This document shows, in pieces, positions 1 to 10,139 of a DNA stretch of 64,000 nucleotides; the stretch's first letter is position 1, and each line of letters begins with the position of its first letter. Below the pieces are notes generated by a model, which saw nothing but the letters and a program-made list of their open reading frames with translations, had not been told where the DNA came from and searched no databases. The DNA is from Candidatus Methylacidiphilales bacterium (lineage in GTDB: Bacteria > Verrucomicrobiota > Verrucomicrobiia > Methylacidiphilales > UBA1321): positions 27,322 to 91,321 of the forward strand of contig JAJSLI010000108.1 in NCBI GenBank assembly GCA_021272315.1, in the 5' to 3' direction. Position numbers and translations under genes: made by a program.

Positions 1-119
1 GGTATTTTGATTCCAGCTTTCGCGCCGGTCTGATGCTCTCATCCTTCCTGATTCTCGCCGTCGTCTCGATTCTGATCGTTTTTTGGCGGATATCGAAACT
101 GCTGAGTTTAAAACTTTAA
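1..119 (+). CDS. 3' end of a membrane protein (partial, enters from left edge)
   Basis: Frame 3 is open from base 3: YFDSSFRAGLMLSSFLILAVVSILIVFWRISKLLSLKL, TAA at 117-119; one hydrophobic helix. Not in the ORF track. Confidence 0.45.
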   Translation, partial: YFDSSFRAGLMLSSFLILAVVSILIVFWRISKLLSLKL

Positions 120-134
120 GGCGGTCATAACTCT

Positions 135-220
135 TTGAGCGCCGCGGGCCGCGTAAACTCTTCGCTTCCCTGGAAAAAGGCGTACGCGACTACGTCAAGA
201 GTTACCTGGAAAAGATCTAG
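135..220 (+). pseudogene. Frameshifted remnant resembling the C-terminus of ADP-L-glycero-D-manno-heptose 6-epimerase (HldD/RfaD)
   Basis: 135-158 reads LSAAGRVN; after a 1-nt shift 161-220 reads FASLEKGVRDYVKSYLEKI-stop, resembling the HldD C-terminal pattern LRAAGYxxPFxSLEEGVxDYVxxYL. No start or N-terminal part is present. Confidence 0.4.
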
Positions 221-329
221 TACACTTAATCCTCTGCCAGACAAGCTCAAGTCCAGCACAAACCCACGATGAAGGTTTACAACCGAACGAAAACCTTGGC
301 TTTCGGGTGGCCCAACATAAACATCATGG

Positions 330-3185
330 TTAAGTTTCATCCAACGTCGCCTGCAACGTTTTCAATAAGGTTTCTGTGGTATAAGGCTTGGCGAGAAAGT
401 GTTTAATTCCGGGATCAAAAATTTTAGTTGCGCTGCCACTCGACGCCGAACCGCTCACCACAATGATTTTTATGGCCGGATTGATTTTTCTCAGGGCGCG
501 GATTGTCGCCGTACCATCCATGACTGGCATTGCCATGTCGGTCAGTACGACCGCGATTTCGCCTTGATGCTGCGCGTAAATGGCTATGGCCTCTTCTCCA
601 TTGGTGGCCATCAAGGTCTGGTAACCGAAAGCCTCCAGCGTTTGGCTGGTTACTGTGAGAACGGAGGCCTCGTCATCGACAATGAGCACCGTCTCGCCTT
701 TCCCGAGCAGCAGGCCTGGCAGAGCTGTCACATCTTTCCGTGCTTCGGAAGAGGCTGCCATCGCCGGGAGGTAGATTTTGAAAGTGGTCCCGCCGGCGGG
801 TTCGCTGGAAACGTTAACAAACCCACCATGACTTTTCACAATGGCCAGGACGGTCGAGAGGCCGAGGCCGGTGCCTTTACCGACCTCCTTGGTGGTGAAG
901 AAGGGTTCAAAGATTTTATCGAGGATGGCAGGAGGGATGCCCGTTCCGGAATCGATGACGTTGATGATCACGTAGCGTCCCGTCTTGGCCTGAAGGTGGA
1001 GCGCGGCGGGTTGCTGATCCAGCACGGTGTTTTCCAGGCGGAGGTTCAACTTGCCGCCGTGGGGCATCGCATCCCGGGCGTTGAGGCAGAGATTCAGGAG
1101 AATCTGATGTAATTGCGTGGCATCGCCCGAGATTTTCCAGGACTCCTCGGGCAAGGAAAGCTGCAGTTGAATGTTTTTCGGGAACGTATCCTTGATGATG
1201 GTTTCGATGTCATTAAGTAGGTCTTTGGGCTGGACCTCAATGCGTTCACCTTCCAGTCCGCGCGCGAAGGAGAGGACCTGCCGTACAATGTCCGCGCCAC
1301 GCTTGGAACTTACCTCGATGGTTTTGAGGATGCTTTGGGCCTGAGGATCGGTCGCTGTTCGCTTCAGGATTTCAATGGACATCATGATCGGCGCCAGGAT
1401 GTTGTTCAGGTCGTGGGCGATGCCTCCGGCCAGCGTTCCAAGGCTTTCCATCCGCTGCGCCCGCATGAATTGGGCTTCAATCTTTTTCTTTTCCGTGATG
1501 TCCGTATTGATCGCCAGCACGGATTTGGGACGGCCTTCCTTGTCCCGCACCAGCGTCCAGCGCGCTTCGATGGTCAACGCGCGTCGGTCCTTGGTGAGAT
1601 GCTGAAACTCGCCGGACCACTCGCCCAGCGACAAAAACAGCTGGTCGACCGCCTCAAATTTTCCTGGGTCGAGGTAAATGAGTTGGCCCACGTGGCGACC
1701 CATGGCCTCTTCGTGCGTCCACCCGTAGATCCGCTCGGCTCCCTTGCTCCAAAACAAAATTATCCCTTTCAGGTCACAAACCACGATGGCATCCCGCGCT
1801 TGATCCAAAAGGGCCGCCTGTTCCGCAATTTGTTCCTCCGCGTGTTTCCGCTCGGTGATGTCGCGGATCGCGGTCATCCGCAGTTTGCGGTTGCCCACGT
1901 GGACCATTTTGGCCTGGGCTTCAGCTTGGAATAAACGGCCATCTTTGCGAACCAACTGATGTTCGTAACATGTTTCCATTTCAGCACGGATTGCTTCCAT
2001 GACAATGGACCGTGTTTCCGGGCTGACAAAGTCTCCGGCCTCTCTCCCGATCATTTCTGACCGTTCGTACCCAAACATTTTGAGCCCCTGATCGTTCATA
2101 TCAATGACGCGCCCATTTTCAGTGATGAAGATACCCTCGAAAGCCGCTGCCGTAAGATTACGGAAACGGTCCTCGCTTTCATGCAATTCCTCCATGGTCT
2201 TGCGGTGGGTGTGGAGAACGATGGCCGGGATCAATCCCACCAGCGATGCGACCGCCAGAGAGAATTGTAAATTGAAAAGATATTCTCCCGATGAAACCTG
2301 CTCCGGTGTAAGCCCGGCGGAGAACTGAGAGGTAAAGAAGGCCATGGGCAGCGCCAGCAAAAGGTTGGCCGCGGTCGCTCCACGGGGACCAAAACGCAGT
2401 CCCGCCCACAACAGAGGCAGTAACATCTCGCTCGTATTTGCGGTCATGATCCCCTGGCTTAGATGCAGCAGATGCCAAGTGAGGGTGATCGATACCACCG
2501 CCAGCAAGATGGCTTCCACCAGCTTTCCGCGCTGGTTGAGGAAATAGAGATAGGTTCCCCTTGGTATGGAAAACCACGTCAGGATAAATGACGAAAATAA
2601 TAAAATCGCCATCGCCTCACCGGTCCACCAATTGATCCATGACTGAGCGAACGAAGTGCCGGAGTCCAATACCGTCAGCATGGCCGCGCAGAAGGTGGCG
2701 CCCAGCATCGTGCTTAACACCACGGAAAAACCCAGCAACCCCATAAATTCCTTGAGCGTGGCAAGGGTGGGCCGTTCCGCCACGAACCGGCGGACCAGCA
2801 AGGCGCCAATCACTGCCTCGGACGTGTTCGCGCAGTAGAAAACGAGAATGACGACGAGCTTCGTCCCATGCAACAGATCAAAAAGAAGGTTGGCGGGAAG
2901 GACAGCCAGCGCCAGCCACAGCCAATCCCGGGGCTGATTCAACAACAAGACCGCCACATATAAGCCAGCGGGAAGCCAGATGGGGATAAAGGGACCGCCC
3001 GGCACATACAAATAAATGCTCGCCTCGGCACAGAGAAAATAGCCCATGCCGAGCAATGCGGCTTTCTGCCATAGGGGAATTTGGCTTCGTTCGGCAGCAT
3101 TCACGACCGGGGTTCCCATCTCGCTTACCGGATTTTGTGGACGATTTGAAACATGAAAATTCATTATTTCAATTCTTGCGCCCAC
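330..3185 (-). CDS. Hybrid sensor histidine kinase (MASE1-PAS-PAS-HisKA-HATPase-REC)
   Basis: Multi-TM MASE1-like N-terminus ([17 protein letters not shown]), two PAS/PAC segments, H-box [12 protein letters not shown]-box [15 protein letters not shown]-boxes DSGTGI and GTGLGL, receiver VLIVDDE...VLTDMAMP. True start may be 3164 or 3119. Confidence 0.93.
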   Translation of the reverse strand: MGARIEIMNFHVSNRPQNPVSEMGTPVVNAAERSQIPLWQKAALLGMGYFLCAEASIYLYVPGGPFIPIWLPAGLYVAVLLLNQPRDWLWLALAVLPANLLFDLLHGTKLVVILVFYCANTSEAVIGALLVRRFVAERPTLATLKEFMGLLGFSVVLSTMLGATFCAAMLTVLDSGTSFAQSWINWWTGEAMAILLFSSFILTWFSIPRGTYLYFLNQRGKLVEAILLAVVSITLTWHLLHLSQGIMTANTSEMLLPLLWAGLRFGPRGATAANLLLALPMAFFTSQFSAGLTPEQVSSGEYLFNLQFSLAVASLVGLIPAIVLHTHRKTMEELHESEDRFRNLTAAAFEGIFITENGRVIDMNDQGLKMFGYERSEMIGREAGDFVSPETRSIVMEAIRAEMETCYEHQLVRKDGRLFQAEAQAKMVHVGNRKLRMTAIRDITERKHAEEQIAEQAALLDQARDAIVVCDLKGIILFWSKGAERIYGWTHEEAMGRHVGQLIYLDPGKFEAVDQLFLSLGEWSGEFQHLTKDRRALTIEARWTLVRDKEGRPKSVLAINTDITEKKKIEAQFMRAQRMESLGTLAGGIAHDLNNILAPIMMSIEILKRTATDPQAQSILKTIEVSSKRGADIVRQVLSFARGLEGERIEVQPKDLLNDIETIIKDTFPKNIQLQLSLPEESWKISGDATQLHQILLNLCLNARDAMPHGGKLNLRLENTVLDQQPAALHLQAKTGRYVIINVIDSGTGIPPAILDKIFEPFFTTKEVGKGTGLGLSTVLAIVKSHGGFVNVSSEPAGGTTFKIYLPAMAASSEARKDVTALPGLLLGKGETVLIVDDEASVLTVTSQTLEAFGYQTLMATNGEEAIAIYAQHQGEIAVVLTDMAMPVMDGTATIRALRKINPAIKIIVVSGSASSGSATKIFDPGIKHFLAKPYTTETLLKTLQATLDET

Positions 3186-3456
3186 TCTCTCCTAACTGCC
3201 AGTCGATGGGCCAGAGTGCGGCTGATGGTTCAAAACTTCATTGAAGATAGCTCAGTTTACGCTGCCAGCGAAAAAATAAGCAGAATGCACGCCAAAGTCG
3301 AACTTGTTGAGCAAGCGCTTTTCGAGGGAGTGAAAGCAAAGCTGAGAGCAACCGGCGCAAGGATGGCGAAAAGTTGGTCAATCTGCGCTAGCCGGACCCT
3401 GCGTAAACGTCGTTTTCCTTGGGATCGGAATAAAAATCAACAACGGCTTGTAAAGC

Positions 3457-4257
3457 TCAAGTCACAGAGCAGACCTCGTAAGCCTGGCGCAGCGCCTTGA
3501 TTGCGTCGCCCTTCGGCATGAATTCGTGCCCGATGTAGAGGTCGTAGCCGGTGGCCGAGATTGCCTGGCAGATGCCACGGTAGTTGAGTTCCTGGCTATC
3601 ATCGAGATCGTGTCGGCCGGGGTGGCCTGCGGTATGAAAATGACCGATCCACCGGATCGCCTTTCGAAGGGTGCGGATGATGTCCCCTTCCATGATCTGC
3701 ATATGGTAGATGTCATAAAGAATCTTCACGCGCGGGCTGTTCACCAGTTCGCAGAGGGTCAAGGCCCAGTCGGTGTGGTCGCAGACATAGTGAGGATGAT
3801 CAATCCTGCTGTTGAGCAGTTCCATGTTCAGGTTGATTTTTTTCTCCTCGGCATAAGGCGCGATCCGCTTCAGGCCCTTGGCGCAGACTTGCAACGTCTC
3901 AAGGTCGGACTCCCCGGGATTACGATGGCCACTGAGGATAATGAGGCCTGGAATTTTGTTTTTGACGGCGATATCAATCGACTCTCTCACTTCCGCCTCG
4001 AGCCGGTCGTGGTTCGCGCTGCGGCTGAAAGCTTCGGAATGCGGGCCGGCGGTGGGAGAGACGTGTTCATGACCCACCATGCTCACGACCCGCAGATCGT
4101 TGCTCCGCGCGGCCTCAATAAATTCACTGAGGTCGGCTTCACGGCCCCATAACTCGACCGCCGGGAATCCGATTTTCCTGATTTCCCTCATAAAATCGCG
4201 AAGGGAGGTGTTTTTAGGCTTTAACATGGGGATGACGACGCTTTGATTAACGGGCAT
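3457..4257 (-). CDS. Hydroxypyruvate isomerase-like / sugar-phosphate isomerase-epimerase TIM barrel
   Basis: Motifs GFPAVELW, NMELLN, KILYDIYHMQIMEGD, GHFHTAGHPGRH, IGHEF typical of the Hyi family. Confidence 0.85.
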   Translation of the reverse strand: MPVNQSVVIPMLKPKNTSLRDFMREIRKIGFPAVELWGREADLSEFIEAARSNDLRVVSMVGHEHVSPTAGPHSEAFSRSANHDRLEAEVRESIDIAVKNKIPGLIILSGHRNPGESDLETLQVCAKGLKRIAPYAEEKKINLNMELLNSRIDHPHYVCDHTDWALTLCELVNSPRVKILYDIYHMQIMEGDIIRTLRKAIRWIGHFHTAGHPGRHDLDDSQELNYRGICQAISATGYDLYIGHEFMPKGDAIKALRQAYEVCSVT

Positions 4258-4295
4258 ATTTTTCTCCGGTGGCTTTTAGGTTGTGTGAGGGAGTT

Positions 4296-5327
4296 CTAAT
4301 ATTCGACGCCAAGTTTGATGCTCTTATCCGGCGTTGAAAAAACCTGTTTGTACTCGGCAACCAGATTGTCGGTGAACTTCAACACCGGCGTCACGATCGA
4401 TTCGGCTTTGATGTGACCGTCCATGATCATGCGATGGGCCGTGTTGCGCACGCGCGTATTGTCCCAGCGCGGATGTTCCCGATTCGGATCGCTTTCGGTG
4501 CGACTAAAATGAATGTTTGGACGATTCATATGGGCCTCCGCGCCGAGGTCCAACCCCGCCTTCATGGGACCGGGAAAAGCGCCCAGGACAACATTGCCGC
4601 CGAAAGCGACTCCGCGCAGCGAAGCTTGCAGGGCCTCCATCGCGCCGCTGTACTCGATCACGGCATCAACCCCGCGCCAGTTGGTCGCCTCACGCAACGC
4701 CAGGCCGACGTCTGTTCCAACCGGATTGATGACTTGATCCGCACCCGTTTTTAAAGCCACCTCGCGGCGATTCGCCAGCGGATCGATCGCGATGATGGGA
4801 TGGCAGCCGGCGAGCTTGGCCATTTGCACAGCCATCAGCCCGATGGCGCCCAGACTGAAAACCGCCACGGCGTCACCGACGCGAAGATTGGAGTCCCGCA
4901 ACGCGCTAAGCGCAAATGTGACCGGATCGAGGCAGGTCGCCGCCTTCCAATCGGTATCGCTCCGGATTTTCCAGCTGTTTTCTTCACGGATCACGGCGGA
5001 AGTGGCGAAGCCGCCGAAATAGAGGATACGATCTTTTATGGAATAGGTCTTGATGCCGCTTCCAACCTCCTCGATAAAACCCACCTGCATGTTGCCCAAG
5101 GGAATCGGATAATTCCAGGTCACGCCCCCCGGCATAAACATCTGCTTGGCGGCATCCCACCGCCCGCGCTTGTTGCCGTGGCCGTGAATAAAAGACGCCA
5201 TGGTGCCGTGCTTTTCCGCTCCATGCGTATTGCGGACGCGAATTTGATCCGGTTCGAGCTTCTTCGGCAACTCGTACTCCTGCCAGTCAATGACATTATG
5301 TTCGGTGCAAACAAGGCGCTTGGGCAT
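4296..5327 (-). CDS. Medium-chain dehydrogenase/reductase (MDR) family oxidoreductase, probably Zn-independent
   Basis: GroES-like N-terminus plus Rossmann motif VAVFSLGAIGLMAVQMAKLAG, GVDAVIEYSG; the catalytic CxxD and GHE Zn motifs are not recognisable (AEKHGT, PLGNMQVG). Confidence 0.8.
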   Translation of the reverse strand: MPKRLVCTEHNVIDWQEYELPKKLEPDQIRVRNTHGAEKHGTMASFIHGHGNKRGRWDAAKQMFMPGGVTWNYPIPLGNMQVGFIEEVGSGIKTYSIKDRILYFGGFATSAVIREENSWKIRSDTDWKAATCLDPVTFALSALRDSNLRVGDAVAVFSLGAIGLMAVQMAKLAGCHPIIAIDPLANRREVALKTGADQVINPVGTDVGLALREATNWRGVDAVIEYSGAMEALQASLRGVAFGGNVVLGAFPGPMKAGLDLGAEAHMNRPNIHFSRTESDPNREHPRWDNTRVRNTAHRMIMDGHIKAESIVTPVLKFTDNLVAEYKQVFSTPDKSIKLGVEY

Positions 5328-5476
5328 GGATGATATTCCTTTTCGTTGTTAAGGGATCGAAACGGAACAGGAAGCTAATCCGCCCCGTTCTCATTGGTAG
5401 ATATAGGTTATGGAGCCGGAAATGGGAATGGACGAGACTTCGAACTTTATGGATGATCTTTTGACAAGCTTGATCC

Positions 5477-6328
5477 ATGCAAATCTACATCGATCCTTCT
5501 CCCGCCAACGCCTCCGGCCATGTCCATATCCCGGCGATGGGCCTGCGCGAAATGATGCCGCCCGGCATGATCCATCACGGGGGCTCCGGCTCGGAGTACC
5601 CGTGCGTCTTCATGGTCTTTCATGGGCCGGTTCGGGTGCTTGCGCCTGACCGGAGGCAGTGGCTGCCAGCGGAGCATCATTTCATCGTCTGGGACCGCGA
5701 AGCCGAGCATCATTACGGCAACGAGGCTTCGGCTTGGGACCATTCCTGGCTCCGCGTCTCGGGCCGTTGGATCGAACGGCTCTTGAGCGGCAACCTCCTG
5801 CCCCTCGGCGTGCCCATCGACCTCGGGAGTGATGCCCTGCCGTTCCATTACATGCGATTGATTTGCGACGAACTGCGCGGACGTGTCCGCCAGGACCCGG
5901 ATATGATTGAGGGGCTTTTTCAGATTTTCTGGCACGATGTCGCGCGTCACCTCAGCGCCGACCGGGCCATGCGCCGGACCGACTCCCGGCTCGATCAGGC
6001 CCGCAAATTCATCGAAACCCATTTCGACCAGCCCTTCGATTTGGCCACGACCGCGGAACAGGCCCATCTTTCCCCCGCCCACTTTTGTCATTGTTTCTCC
6101 CAACAGTTTGGGGTGCCACCGCGTGAATATGCCATGCGCATGCGCCTGCAGCGGGGGGCCCAGCTTCTGGCCAACCGTGAACTGGCTGTCTTCCAGGTCG
6201 CCGAGATGGTCGGCTTTGCGGACGCGCTTTATTTTTCCCGTCTCTTTCGTAAACGCTACGGCCTGAGCCCGAATCAGTTTCGCCGGCAACAACAACCGAA
6301 ACTCGTGCCGCCGCCCGCGCGCGACTAG
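5477..6328 (+). CDS. AraC family transcriptional regulator
   Basis: Cupin-like N-terminus; C-terminal double HTH (AEQAHLSPAHFCHCFSQQFG, VAEMVGFADALYFSRLFRKRYGLSPNQFR). Divergent from the MDR-isomerase pair. Confidence 0.92.
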   Translation: MQIYIDPSPANASGHVHIPAMGLREMMPPGMIHHGGSGSEYPCVFMVFHGPVRVLAPDRRQWLPAEHHFIVWDREAEHHYGNEASAWDHSWLRVSGRWIERLLSGNLLPLGVPIDLGSDALPFHYMRLICDELRGRVRQDPDMIEGLFQIFWHDVARHLSADRAMRRTDSRLDQARKFIETHFDQPFDLATTAEQAHLSPAHFCHCFSQQFGVPPREYAMRMRLQRGAQLLANRELAVFQVAEMVGFADALYFSRLFRKRYGLSPNQFRRQQQPKLVPPPARD

Positions 6329-6375
6329 GAGCCAGTACACTCACCCTAAATTACCTCTGAAGAATCTAAGGGTTA

Positions 6376-6448
6376 TAGTCCCAACGGGATTCGAACCCGT
6401 GCACCGGCCTTGAGAGGGCCGTGACCTAACCAGCTAGTCGATGGGACC
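6376..6448 (-). tRNA. tRNA-Glu (anticodon CTC)
   Basis: Reverse complement GGTCCCATCGACTAGCTGGTTAGGTCACGGCCCTCTCAAGGCCGGTGCACGGGTTCGAATCCCGTTGGGACTA folds as a cloverleaf; anticodon arm CGGCC-CT-CTC-AA-GGCCG; T-loop TTCGAAT; CCA not encoded. Confidence 0.95.
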
Positions 6449-6531
6449 TTGAGACGCGTGCGTCACCCCGGTTGCCAAGGTGGGTCAGCAAACCACACCG
6501 GTGTGACCTTGTCGAGCCCGTTCGCTTCTGT

Positions 6532-6560
6532 TTGACCGCTCCGCGAAAAACGAAGATAAT
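6532..6560 (+). promoter_or_regulatory. Sigma70-type promoter of tRNA-Gln
   Basis: TTGACC (6532-6537), 17-nt spacer, GATAAT (6555-6560), then a GC-rich discriminator-like CCCCGCC; tRNA starts at 6571. Confidence 0.7.
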
Positions 6561-6570
6561 CCCCGCCCTT

Positions 6571-6641
6571 TACCCGATGGTGTAATGGTAACACAGCGCC
6601 CTTTGGAGGCGTTATTCATGGTTCGAGTCCATGTCGGGTAG
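6571..6641 (+). tRNA. tRNA-Gln (anticodon TTG)
   Basis: TACCCGA/TCGGGTA acceptor stem, D-arm GGTGTAATGGTAACAC, anticodon arm GCGCC-CT-TTG-GA-GGCGT, T-arm CATGG-TTCGAGT-CCATG. Confidence 0.95.
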
Positions 6642-6657
6642 CCCATTTACCCAAAAT

Positions 6658-9330
6658 CTAGCGGGTAAGAATGGTGTAAAGGCTGTCCCTCGGGAGGGTA
6701 AGGGTTGCGGCGCCATTCACGACTTGCGGTTGCAATTCACCCCGGGCATAGCCTTGTTCGTCGAGGATGACGGCTTTAAGACCGGCGCCGTTGGGGATGG
6801 TCACGGTAGCGTCGATATCGCGCACCGTGATGGGCACCCGCCCGATATCCTGGATCATGCCGTTGACGGACTTAAAGCCGTACATTTTTTCCTCGGTGAA
6901 GGCCTGGATGAGGATTTTGCGCGAAGTGGAAAGAGGTTCGCCGTCGAGGCTGATGACGTGGATCGTGCCGTAGTCGTTGTGAGACTCGATGGTGACGTCG
7001 GAAAGCTTGACCGGCCCGACCTTGGCGAGAAAGCCGGTCACCCCCTGGCTTCGGGGTGAGTTGACGGTGAGAAGTCCCTGGCCGTAGTCCCAAACGATCT
7101 CACCCGTGCTGCTGGTGATGATTTTTTTATCGCGGTCGATGTACTTGCCCAGGTCCGTGGCCACCGGTTCGGCTTTGGGATCAAAGGTGCGCTCCACCCG
7201 TCCCACGAAGAAGGAGAGAGGATCGAAGCCGGCGATTTGATCGGCCTGATCGGATTTGGGCGATTCCGTGATACGGAAGTCGGCATTGGGGCCTTCCAGC
7301 AAAGTCGAGCTCTTCAGGTTGAGCAGATCGTCGACGGTGGTGACCTGACGGATGACGGTATCGCCGGGTTTGAGATCACCACGGCGATATTGCAGCGCCT
7401 CGGCGGGCGACTGGCCGATTTCTCCCGGCATCATATAGGTCCAATTGCCGCCGCCGTTATTCTCCCAATTGCCACTGCCGGCGGCGAAGAGGTACATGCC
7501 ATCGACGCCTTGCAAGGAGGCATAGGCGCTGATGAGGGGTTCTCCTTCGGCGATAAAGCGATTTGGTTTGTTCCAGGCGATTTCGGTTTGGATATGAGGA
7601 TGACCGGGCAGGCGCACATATTGAAAGGGAACCGACGCGGGATCGTACATTGCCGTTTTGTCCTGGTACGTATGACCAACCCGCACCGACCACCCGGCGC
7701 CGTCTCCCTCGTGTTTGCCGCCGAAATAACCGTGCTTGTCGATGACTTCGACGCCGGAATAAGTATAGCGCTCGATAAAACCGAGTCCGGGCGCCGTGGT
7801 CCAGTTACTGGCCGAAATGGGCCACTTCGCGCCCAGTTCATCACGGAGAAACTTGCGCATGTCGGCATAAAAATCGTGCTGAACCTCCGCGAGGAAGTGA
7901 ATCTGATCGAGAAGACGTTTCTGCCGGTCGGGCGACTGCTTGGGAAAACCGGCGCTGCTCATTTCAAAAGCGCCGTAGAACCCGGCGCGGACATCAGGAG
8001 CGCTGTCTTCGGGATGTTTATCACCAGGCCAGGCGGCAAAAGCATGGTCAATCGATCCATATTTGTTGGCAAGCCAGGCACCGAATTTTTTCTCGAGCAA
8101 TTCGCGCGGACCTTTGCCCAGGGACCCCGGTTGGAAGGTCCAGAAGAAGAGACTGTCCTCGTTTTGAATCTCGAATACGCCGACCGATGTTTCCTCCGCC
8201 AGGGTCTTGCCGGAATAGGGGCTTTTCGTGGTAAGGACTTGCCTGATCCATGACTTATAGATTTCCTGCATACGCGGCTCAAAGATGAGAAGTCCAAAGG
8301 GAATTTTGCCGATGATATCGTCCGTGCCGGGGATGCCATCGCTCGCCTTCACCGTCAACCACAGGGGAAAGTAATTGGATAGGTGGACGTAGATGCCCTG
8401 CTTTTTCAGCGCGTTGATCAGGTAGAAATAATTATCGAGTTTCGCGGCATCGATTCGGGTCGGATCATCCCCGCTGCGATCAAACAACCCGCCGTGAATA
8501 CGCACCATGTTGATGCCGAGCTTGGCAAAGCGTGCCGCCATGAAATCAAGCTCCTCTTTGCTCAGATCACCTGGAGGGGCGCTGACGTTGACTCCCCAGA
8601 ACCGGACGGACTGGCCATTGCCCAATTTGAAGCAATCACCGTCGGCCTGGATAAAACCGGACTGGCCCGCTTCGTCTTCATTGAGTGAGCGGAGATCAAG
8701 CAGGGCGTCTTTGCTGAAGGTTTCGGGTCCCGGCTCAAAGGCCCACCAGCCCGGTTCATCCGTGCCGAGTTTTTGGCCGGGCTTGAGTTTGCCGTTGGGA
8801 GTGAAGGGAGCCTGGGTGAAGAGGAAGCAATCAAGGCTGCCATGATTGTTGTTCGCGCTGTGAAACTTAAACGCGATGGTGTTTTGTCCCGCCTGCAGGT
8901 TCACCGATCCGACCTTGATCCAGGCGATGAAACGAAGGTCGGGCTTGTTGTCCTTGGCGATATTGATCACGTCGGTTTTGCCGCTGAAGTCAACCGGAAC
9001 CCAGTCTGCGCCGTTGAGTTGGTAATCGAGCTTCGGGTCCCCGACGGGATTGGCGCGAATCCAAAAGGTATAGGTTCCTGCCTGGACGGCATTGACCTGG
9101 TAGGTGGCGAGGCCTTCCTGCGGGCCGAAATTGGAGATGAAATCACCCCCGGAAAGCAGAGCCTTGTCGACCTGGCCCGCGTACCAGGGATGCGGTTTCA
9201 TGTTCGTACTGACGGGGTTTTCACCTTCAATCCAAATAAAATTGTCGTCGGCAAAAACAGGCGCGGCGACCAGTGCCGTGACGAGAAGACCGAGACAAAT
9301 ATGAAACCGGCAGCTTATTGGAATTCGCAT
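6658..9330 (-). CDS. Secreted clan GH-A-like glycoside hydrolase with N-terminal carbohydrate-binding-like domain
   Basis: Signal peptide (..LLVTALVAAPVFA-DD); beta-rich N-domain; catalytic region VRFWGVNV..GINMVRIHG..QGIYVHL..FEIQNEDSL (NE acid/base-like) and IQTEIAW (nucleophile-like). Confidence 0.7.
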   Translation of the reverse strand: MRIPISCRFHICLGLLVTALVAAPVFADDNFIWIEGENPVSTNMKPHPWYAGQVDKALLSGGDFISNFGPQEGLATYQVNAVQAGTYTFWIRANPVGDPKLDYQLNGADWVPVDFSGKTDVINIAKDNKPDLRFIAWIKVGSVNLQAGQNTIAFKFHSANNNHGSLDCFLFTQAPFTPNGKLKPGQKLGTDEPGWWAFEPGPETFSKDALLDLRSLNEDEAGQSGFIQADGDCFKLGNGQSVRFWGVNVSAPPGDLSKEELDFMAARFAKLGINMVRIHGGLFDRSGDDPTRIDAAKLDNYFYLINALKKQGIYVHLSNYFPLWLTVKASDGIPGTDDIIGKIPFGLLIFEPRMQEIYKSWIRQVLTTKSPYSGKTLAEETSVGVFEIQNEDSLFFWTFQPGSLGKGPRELLEKKFGAWLANKYGSIDHAFAAWPGDKHPEDSAPDVRAGFYGAFEMSSAGFPKQSPDRQKRLLDQIHFLAEVQHDFYADMRKFLRDELGAKWPISASNWTTAPGLGFIERYTYSGVEVIDKHGYFGGKHEGDGAGWSVRVGHTYQDKTAMYDPASVPFQYVRLPGHPHIQTEIAWNKPNRFIAEGEPLISAYASLQGVDGMYLFAAGSGNWENNGGGNWTYMMPGEIGQSPAEALQYRRGDLKPGDTVIRQVTTVDDLLNLKSSTLLEGPNADFRITESPKSDQADQIAGFDPLSFFVGRVERTFDPKAEPVATDLGKYIDRDKKIITSSTGEIVWDYGQGLLTVNSPRSQGVTGFLAKVGPVKLSDVTIESHNDYGTIHVISLDGEPLSTSRKILIQAFTEEKMYGFKSVNGMIQDIGRVPITVRDIDATVTIPNGAGLKAVILDEQGYARGELQPQVVNGAATLTLPRDSLYTILTR

Positions 9331-9432
9331 ACGGTCATCTCTTTGTTGTTCGAGGCCATGTCAGGTAGCGACCGGCCTTTCTTTTGTTCCGGCGCCGACC
9401 TTCGCAACGGTGGTGGCTGAAAGCGGAAGAAT

Positions 9433-9909
9433 ATGCTACAAGGAGATATGGGCAAGGTTTCTCCCGGCATCGATGCAGCGGCGTGGCTGCGAGGACACGG
9501 GCTGCGCGCCACGCACGGACGGATCGCAATCGTGCGGCGACTCGACGCCAGCCGGGTGCCGCTGACCTTGGCGGACATTCACGCGAAGGTGCGCGCCGCC
9601 GGTTGTGATTTCGCAACGGTGTTCCGGTTCATTTCGATCCTCGAAGAGAAGGACTTGGTCGAGCGGGTGGCGTGGATCGATGGGACCACGCGGCACGAGA
9701 TCCGCGCCCGGAACGGGCCCCATCACCACCACCATTACCTGATTTGCCGCACGTGCCAGAAAGTGGAGCCGATCGACCAGTGCGTGGTCGAGCAGGTCGA
9801 GAACCAAATCGCGAAGGAGCGCGGATATGCGGCGCTAAGCCACTCGCTCCAGCTTTCCGGCGTGTGCCCGGAATGCCAGGCCAAACCGAAGATGAAGGGC
9901 AAAAAATGA
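9433..9909 (+). CDS. Fur family transcriptional regulator (Fur/Zur/PerR type)
   Basis: GLRATHGRIAIV, DFATVFRFISILEEKDLV, HHHHHYLICRTC and terminal GVCPEC. Start may be 9448. Confidence 0.92.
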   Translation: MLQGDMGKVSPGIDAAAWLRGHGLRATHGRIAIVRRLDASRVPLTLADIHAKVRAAGCDFATVFRFISILEEKDLVERVAWIDGTTRHEIRARNGPHHHHHYLICRTCQKVEPIDQCVVEQVENQIAKERGYAALSHSLQLSGVCPECQAKPKMKGKK

Positions 9910-10139
9910 CCTACGTCAACTTCAAGGATTTGATTCGGGGCAGGCTTCAAGATTTGCCTCTAGGCCTGACCTGGGCGGAGTTGAGAAACGATTTGAAGCT
10001 GCCTTACGAGCGTCCTTGTCCGGAATGGACTCGCCGCCTTGAACAGGAGATTGGACTGGTCCGCAAACAGGGCCCTCGTCGCGCCTTGCTCTGGACTCTT
10101 TTGAAGGCTCGCCCTCGACAAGCCGGGAATGGGCAATAA
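9906..10139 (+). CDS. Small hypothetical protein (77 aa)
   Basis: ATGA overlap with the Fur-family stop (ATG 9906); MTYVNFKDLIRGRLQDLPLGLTWAELRNDLKLPYERPCPEWTRRLEQEIGL. The ORF track lists it as the C-terminal part of 9672..10139. Confidence 0.7.
   Translation: MTYVNFKDLIRGRLQDLPLGLTWAELRNDLKLPYERPCPEWTRRLEQEIGLVRKQGPRRALLWTLLKARPRQAGNGQ

Noticed and set aside
3244-3320. tRNA-like start GATAGCTCAGTT
   Set aside because: No T-loop, anticodon arm or acceptor pairing follows.
6376-9330. Genomic island integrated at tRNA-Gln or tRNA-Glu
   Set aside because: No integrase, no duplicated tRNA 3' end noticed in the window, and no compositional break in the flanking genes.
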